DNA of 64,000 nt from Candidatus Poseidoniaceae archaeon (GTDB taxonomy: Archaea; Thermoplasmatota; Poseidoniia; Poseidoniales; Poseidoniaceae): the NCBI GenBank assembly GCA_028353405.1, contig JAOMOG010000004.1:8722-72721 (forward strand), given 5' to 3'. The notes under the pieces are model-generated. The model was not told where the DNA came from, ran no database searches, and saw nothing but the letters and a program-made list of their open reading frames with translations. Shown here one piece after another: positions 59,101 to 64,000 of the stretch. Position 1 is the stretch's first letter, and each line of letters begins with the position of its first letter. Made by a program: the position numbers and the translations under genes.

Positions 59101-60325
59101 AGAATGGTTGAGTGACCCATCCGAATTGGTAAATGGTTATGTTATTACATCATTCAATGGTAGTTCGGTAGCAAATCAAACAATTTCTCCAATCAATACA
59201 GGAATGTCTTCAGTTCTATTACAAACAACAGGTTGGGAGATTGGATTTTATCAACTTACAGCTTTTCTCTTTGATGAATATGGAAATCCAAGTCAATCTG
59301 CCTTCAACCCATCAATGTTTGAAATTATTCCGTTGACACCTCTTGTTTCGGGCGATATTAATGGATGGGAATTCGATTCAAATAATTTGAATTTAACAAT
59401 ATCAGGACAACATCAATTCCGTTTCACACAAGGGCTGGTCACGATTATGAGTGCAGGCACTACCCTACTTGACAACCACTCAGTTCAAGATGGAGCTTGG
59501 TCATTGGAGGTATCATTATCCTCAATATTACAAGAGATGATCGAAGTACAAGTTAGGGTCTGTGATGCAACTGATAATAACCAATGTGAACAATATTCTA
59601 ATACGATAAATGCATCTTCAGCAATCGAATTCATTGTGGATATTCAGTGTACTGAAGCGGCACAACCGTTCCAAATGAATACAACTGAGATTCTGGTCAA
59701 CTGTATTATAAATAATCCAAATGGAACTTATCCAATGCAGGTTATTCTAACGGCATTGCAAGCGACATCATTGATTCAAGACAGTACATCAGAGGGAGAA
59801 CTTCCAGCCCAAGGGCAACTTGAACTATCTCTTCTAATAAATACAGGATTTGAAGAAGGAACCTGGAGTCAACCTTGGGTTCTCTCTATTACCGATCGTA
59901 TTGGGGAAGTTTCGGTTTTGAACCAATCTTCAACATCGTTCACAGTTATTGCAGAACAACTGGATGAGAATAAGACCCAAAAAACTACTGAAGGCGAGGC
60001 AGAATCTTCAACGATTATGACTGGAATAGTAGTAGCCATAATCGCAGTAATCGCTATCATCGGTACAATCGGATTCTTGAAACTAAGGAAAGCAGAGGAA
60101 GTTCAAGATGATACAAAAAACTTCACTTCAGAATTTGACCAAGTACATCAACCAGTAGAGCAAGAAATTGTTGAACAACAACCTGCTCAACCATTCACCC
60201 CTGCGATTGACGCTATTCCAACATCAACTGATGAATCCGGATATGAATGGTTCACTGAGGAAAACGGAACCAATTGGTATCGTCTACAAGCAAGCGGTAG
60301 TGAATGGTATTTACATCAACCTTGA
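56153..60325 (+). CDS. Large (1390 aa) surface glycoprotein with Gly-rich domain, Ig-like repeats and C-terminal TM
   Basis: Signal peptide, GGGGAGHGG/GGGSGGSI repeats, many N-x-S/T sites, TM and Trp-rich tail. Confidence 0.85.
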   Translation: MSESATVRKIIFLSIILLISSLSPMFIDSSTLESEKTSQVSQIVDVSTFSSGSSTETIMADMGGSAAFLHQGGHRLLNASVGVEVLPYSSTQTMYHNMVNAQTLGTLNNTSVTPVGVELTNANTGPPGSGNNSTTILTAVQWSGTHSYDTLDIRCGIQACGSITATGSLTIIVKTLVVAAGTTISANALSSGGIGVGGSVSATSSGYSDGGGGAGHGGSGGSGGGGTGTGGSTYGNATEAGSQGGSVTSSNHATAIGGSGGGYITIIASQIDVNGTIQSNGGNGAAGQAITGGSGPGGSGAGGGSGGSIFIKANTVNIGQNGIIEALGGDGGDGASSFCTGACIGFFHGGDGGGGGGGGRISIMTQISNLNNQGTISVSAGSGGSGGQPYGSGSTGASGSSGSTGVSSSSTWAGYIITSGVNIDDGTFITDPWSPNGGQIIDGWVNHTSTIPVNSSLIFTYRYTISGLANNTSTGWSDWNIGNISSQILPRLTALQFSYQFNRTDTLSPALSDYSLYWDDAHVLNNLEMTMPGGSTLLGPISQSIGYSDYATTVSNFNSHTVNISVPTSSIPTSSLNLWIDWPINSATDTIDVMLGSSTIYSGAMDSQLGGVDVEFTTQQLINAWPSSGTIGTDGIEMSQLVFNISTTMVVQLDAKHPQMSWSWTHNLDLKSSLTQYAFTSCNDWYSATSSCLPYYLLQVSGDTVPFNFQNYEVTLSNLSVQWIDDIAPQLSSVDHRISGNIGQFIRTGDTFAVTLGDVIGETTLSGSAWIHQGDSTKPATTNSITYFSSLGRYYTTFDSSQYDPLITTQHYIALELIDEHDNVLFVEQAYSFEIGPTFPSVTSIAMTAANNSHSAILESEISSSWELDDDGFIFSVTSLHNRSDLLASVTLSPSHEDSPIILNWDQNESAYTAHWAPDHNDLKTWQLEVDLSEKDGQMAEDLDGYQNGVDYSFSLVDVTGPVLTAINHDEIISIGDELLVQLEWLSDPSELVNGYVITSFNGSSVANQTISPINTGMSSVLLQTTGWEIGFYQLTAFLFDEYGNPSQSAFNPSMFEIIPLTPLVSGDINGWEFDSNNLNLTISGQHQFRFTQGLVTIMSAGTTLLDNHSVQDGAWSLEVSLSSILQEMIEVQVRVCDATDNNQCEQYSNTINASSAIEFIVDIQCTEAAQPFQMNTTEILVNCIINNPNGTYPMQVILTALQATSLIQDSTSEGELPAQGQLELSLLINTGFEEGTWSQPWVLSITDRIGEVSVLNQSSTSFTVIAEQLDENKTQKTTEGEAESSTIMTGIVVAIIAVIAIIGTIGFLKLRKAEEVQDDTKNFTSEFDQVHQPVEQEIVEQQPAQPFTPAIDAIPTSTDESGYEWFTEENGTNWYRLQASGSEWYLHQP

Positions 60326-60457
60326 TCGTTTCTAATCAGTGTTGCTTCAATTCAAGTTGACCACTTGAGGCCGAACCTTTTTGCAAATTGTAAATAAGTT
60401 GCCTAGCGGTGGCGTTACTGCGAGCAAAGTTTTATTGAAAGCGATAAGAAAAAAGGA

Positions 60458-61504
60458 GTGATATATTTGAATGCAGATTATGATATTGTTATCGATGGTT
60501 CAAATTTGATTAATCATTCTGAAAAAGGTGTAACTAAACTAATACCAAGCCGTTTAATCAAAGCGATTCGTAAAGTGGAATTACTCGGATATACTCCCCT
60601 AACTTGCATTGATAGGTCAACATATAGTCAAGCAAAAAAGAAAAAGAAACCCCTTGAAGGTAGTATCGAAGATTTTGCAAAGTTAATCGATGAAGAGGGT
60701 ATGCGATTTATGAATCGTGACGATGAAATGATCGACCATGCATTGCAGCGTGGAGCATTAATATTAACCAATGACAGATTTAGAAAATGGAAAGATGGAA
60801 CTGAAAAAACCAAACTAGAAATCGATTGGGATCTGGTTGATGAAAACTTAGTTCAGTGGTGGTTTGAGGATGAATTCTTCATGCCAGAATTATTAAAAAA
60901 ATCCTCACAGTCATCAAAGAGAATAGGAAAAGCACCCATTAATAGTGCGAGAAGGTTGGCGAATAGTAATTCAAATAAAAACATACGAAAGAAAAAACGA
61001 AGTATGTTTATCAAGGTACTAGATTTAATATTTGATAATAATAAAAAAGCCCAAAAACCACAACAAAAGGCTAAAAAGCAGCAAAATAAAACTAAATCAA
61101 AACCTCAAGCCCCTAAAAAATCCCAGGCTAAACCGCAACAAAAGAAGGCTAAGCCTCAAGATCAAAAGACTGCAAGCAAAGAAAAGAAACCAAATCCGAA
61201 GCAGAGCAAAAAGTCAAAACAAGTGAAGAATACTTCATCAGATATAGCTAATTTCAAATCTAAAATATTGGAAATACTTCCGGAGAGAAAAATTTCAATA
61301 GCCGGTCTTGCTACAATTATTAACAAACAGATGGTAGCTGCGGGTATTGAAAAGAATCCAACTACAGAGTTTCTCAAACAATACAAACTTCCGAAAGGAT
61401 TGAAAAAAGCCATCGTTACTCACATGAGTGATGAAGTTATTGTTACTGGAACGGGGCCAAAATTCTTAATTGAAAAGAAAAGTAAAGCCGATGAAAAGGC
61501 TTGA
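60458..61504 (+). CDS. PIN/NYN (Zc3h12a/Regnase-like) ribonuclease-domain protein with Lys/Gln-rich linker
   Basis: IVIDGSN...DD...LILTNDRFR; AAGGAG SD. Confidence 0.7.
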   Translation: MIYLNADYDIVIDGSNLINHSEKGVTKLIPSRLIKAIRKVELLGYTPLTCIDRSTYSQAKKKKKPLEGSIEDFAKLIDEEGMRFMNRDDEMIDHALQRGALILTNDRFRKWKDGTEKTKLEIDWDLVDENLVQWWFEDEFFMPELLKKSSQSSKRIGKAPINSARRLANSNSNKNIRKKKRSMFIKVLDLIFDNNKKAQKPQQKAKKQQNKTKSKPQAPKKSQAKPQQKKAKPQDQKTASKEKKPNPKQSKKSKQVKNTSSDIANFKSKILEILPERKISIAGLATIINKQMVAAGIEKNPTTEFLKQYKLPKGLKKAIVTHMSDEVIVTGTGPKFLIEKKSKADEKA

Positions 61505-61520
61505 TGCCATCTAATAATCC

Positions 61521-63971
61521 TCAATTGGATAAGTCCTTGATCTTCTCGATGAGGTCCATTTGACGAAGTCGCCATACGCCAATAGGCGTCATAGCCACAG
61601 CAATAGCAAGAACACCACCCATCAATTGGTAGGCAACACTTGGGACAATGGTGACTGGAACGAAGAACTGCCAAGATGAGAACGAGGCCGCTAATCCAAC
61701 TGCTCCACCGTATGCAAACAAAACTCCGACTAAACCGCCGATAATACCGATGAGTAGACTCTCAAACAGAAGCATCAGACCAAGACTACGGGTCGAGGCA
61801 CCAAGCACTCGTAAAGTCGCCAATTCGAAATCACGTTCTGCAACATTCATGACCATTGTATTGAACATCACAACAATGGTAAACAAGAGTCCAAGATACA
61901 TCATAGTCTGGAAAATTTGGGTCTGTTGCTCAAGTATACTGTTAATACCATCAAGCAAGGTTTGGCGTTGGACGACACCTGTTGAAACTTCACCTAAATC
62001 TGAGTCAACTTCAATGCCTTCTGGGAGTTCTAGGTAAACTGAAGTTGCGTTGACACCAAGAATTTCACTCAAATCACCGCGGACAAAATACATCGTTCGG
62101 ACCAGTTCTGCTGTTGCAGTTCCAACGATTTCAACATCGTGTGGTGCGCCATTGATGTGCACTGTTTGTTGTTCTCCGACATTCCATCCAAGGAATCGCA
62201 TGCCTCCCTCTTCCATCACAACTTGAGTGACAGCCATGTTGCTGGAGGGGGCATTTCCATCCAGAAGAGATATGGCACGCATTCCACTTTGGAATGAGTC
62301 AAGGCCTACAACGGTAAACGTTCGTTCAATGTCATCGGCATCGGTAACTGAACCAAGTGGCATTTCAATGATCATTTCGTGATTGGCAGAATTGTTCTCT
62401 GCCCAATCGATAACAGGTTGTTCTCCATCTGGCATGATGTAGACTTGTACATCCCATGTTTGGTCGTTTTCAAGGCCACCAACCATCGTTTCTTGCAATC
62501 CTGCTGACATCATTTGAATCGAACCAAACAGCATCAGAGATATACCAACAGCAACAAAAGTCATCGTAAGTCGAATGGGTTTGCGAACGCTTGAACGAAT
62601 CGAAAGACCTAGCGTTGTTGGCATCCATGAGGTGATTTTTCGGAGTATATTTGAACCAACGCGCATTTCATTTTGCCCACTCAACACCTCAAGTGGTTCA
62701 AGGCGACTGGCTTTCCATGCAGGGAATGCGCCAGAAAGGAACACGACAAACATAGTTGAGCCAATGACGGTAAGGTAGACTGAAGATGGCACGGTGCGCA
62801 CAATGATTGGCATGCCGACGAGGTCTTGATAGAAATCCAGCATTCCGTTCATACCCCAAGGCCCTGCTAAAGCACCGAGTGTACAACCAATTCCTCCAAT
62901 GACCAGAGGTGCAACAAGATAGCCGGCCATGAGCGATGAGCGCTCGACTCCAAGCGTTCGTAAGACTGCGATTTCCTTGGATTGACTTTGTACCAAACGT
63001 TGTAAACTCAATACAATGGTGATAGAGGCGATTGAAGCGATCATCACAGTAAAGGGTACGGTTGTTCGCTTGGTTCCTTCCAAATCTTGTCGCATAACTT
63101 CGACAGGTTCATTCTGTCCTCGGTCTCGTACGCGTGCATCCAATTCTGTAGATTCAAGAGAAATATCAACCAGTTGTTTGACTGCATCGATTTCTTCGCC
63201 TTCATACTCTTGGGTATCGGGTAAATCGTATGATGGCGTGCCTTCAACATCCAAAACAATCGTGTTACTTGTGCCAACAACATCACCAGTGAGTCGGGCC
63301 ATTCCAGAATCAGAAAGGTAGCCTACAACATATTGACCAGGTTCTGGCGGGAACAGTGTGCCTTCAGGAGCCATAATCACATGTAGAGGGTGGTAACCAG
63401 TTCCAACAACAGTGAAAGAAGCACTCGTATTTCCGGCACTGATATTCACCGTATCTCCGAGCTCGATTTCAAGAGATTCAGTGACGTGGGCATCGATAAC
63501 AATTTCATCTGCAGCAATCGCAGTTCGACCTTCTGAATGTCCTTCAGGCATCCATACGCGATCAGTATTTGCATCTGCAGGAATACCGTGCCAGAAAGAA
63601 TTGATGATGTGCTCTCCGGTGTCATTGGTGTGGAACATCGCACCTTGGGTAACGGTGCGTCCTTCGCATGAATCAAGAGATAATGATGTGACGGTGTTTG
63701 ATGCCCATGTCGATGCCAATGAATCGCAGAAAGCATCAACTTGGCTTGGACTCCAAGTTGCACTGCGGTTATCAATCCAAATATCTGCAAGATTGGCACT
63801 GCCATCCTCATCAGCTTGCATGGTATCGTACATGCCACCAAGATTATGCGCATAGCCTCCAAAGGTAATGCCAGCAAAGACGCCAACAAACACCATCAAA
63901 ACAACAGCAACAAGCCGGAGTTTTGTACGCCAAAGGCTTCGTGCCAAGCGCTTATTGAGTAATCTAGACAT
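61521..63971 (-). CDS. FtsX/MacB-like ABC transporter permease (duplicated)
   Basis: EIAVLRTLG and ELATLRVLG motifs with TM blocks; GGAGGTG SD before MSRLL. Confidence 0.9.
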   Translation of the reverse strand: MSRLLNKRLARSLWRTKLRLVAVVLMVFVGVFAGITFGGYAHNLGGMYDTMQADEDGSANLADIWIDNRSATWSPSQVDAFCDSLASTWASNTVTSLSLDSCEGRTVTQGAMFHTNDTGEHIINSFWHGIPADANTDRVWMPEGHSEGRTAIAADEIVIDAHVTESLEIELGDTVNISAGNTSASFTVVGTGYHPLHVIMAPEGTLFPPEPGQYVVGYLSDSGMARLTGDVVGTSNTIVLDVEGTPSYDLPDTQEYEGEEIDAVKQLVDISLESTELDARVRDRGQNEPVEVMRQDLEGTKRTTVPFTVMIASIASITIVLSLQRLVQSQSKEIAVLRTLGVERSSLMAGYLVAPLVIGGIGCTLGALAGPWGMNGMLDFYQDLVGMPIIVRTVPSSVYLTVIGSTMFVVFLSGAFPAWKASRLEPLEVLSGQNEMRVGSNILRKITSWMPTTLGLSIRSSVRKPIRLTMTFVAVGISLMLFGSIQMMSAGLQETMVGGLENDQTWDVQVYIMPDGEQPVIDWAENNSANHEMIIEMPLGSVTDADDIERTFTVVGLDSFQSGMRAISLLDGNAPSSNMAVTQVVMEEGGMRFLGWNVGEQQTVHINGAPHDVEIVGTATAELVRTMYFVRGDLSEILGVNATSVYLELPEGIEVDSDLGEVSTGVVQRQTLLDGINSILEQQTQIFQTMMYLGLLFTIVVMFNTMVMNVAERDFELATLRVLGASTRSLGLMLLFESLLIGIIGGLVGVLFAYGGAVGLAASFSSWQFFVPVTIVPSVAYQLMGGVLAIAVAMTPIGVWRLRQMDLIEKIKDLSN

Positions 63972-64000
63972 AAAAACACCTCCAATCAAGCTTCTTCTGA

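Noticed and set aside
1..64000. CRISPR arrays, rRNA, transposases, prophage or reverse transcriptase
   Set aside because: None recognisable by inspection

Overview
Gene-dense 64-kb archaeal chromosomal segment, most consistent with Marine Group II Euryarchaeota (Ca. Poseidoniales). This is inferred from the archaeal pus10-rpl21e-rpo4-DUF655-ksgA and secE-spt5-rpl11-rpl1-rpl10-rpl12 clusters, FtsZ2, PGF-CTERM surface proteins, membrane-anchored M14/M28 peptidases, and bacterial-type xseAB and RNase R. It holds about 60 CDSs and one tRNA-Leu(TAG); no CRISPR array, rRNA, integrase or transposase was seen. Most notable: (1) a copA-copZ operon led by a 78-aa, 12-Cys metallothionein-like ORF whose TATA box is flanked by a perfect 12-bp inverted repeat; (2) a ~215-nt multi-helix candidate ncRNA right after rpl12; (3) a HmuY-like domain apparently inserted in a pilin-like protein beside two cupredoxin genes; (4) a three-fold histone-like protein; (5) Spt5 fused to a degenerate NUDIX domain, followed by an L11 lacking its N-terminal domain and L1-binding-like leader hairpins; (6) a 22-bp perfect palindrome in a long hairpin upstream of hisS; (7) a Regnase/NYN-type nuclease. 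All calls are by eye from motifs; no searches were run.
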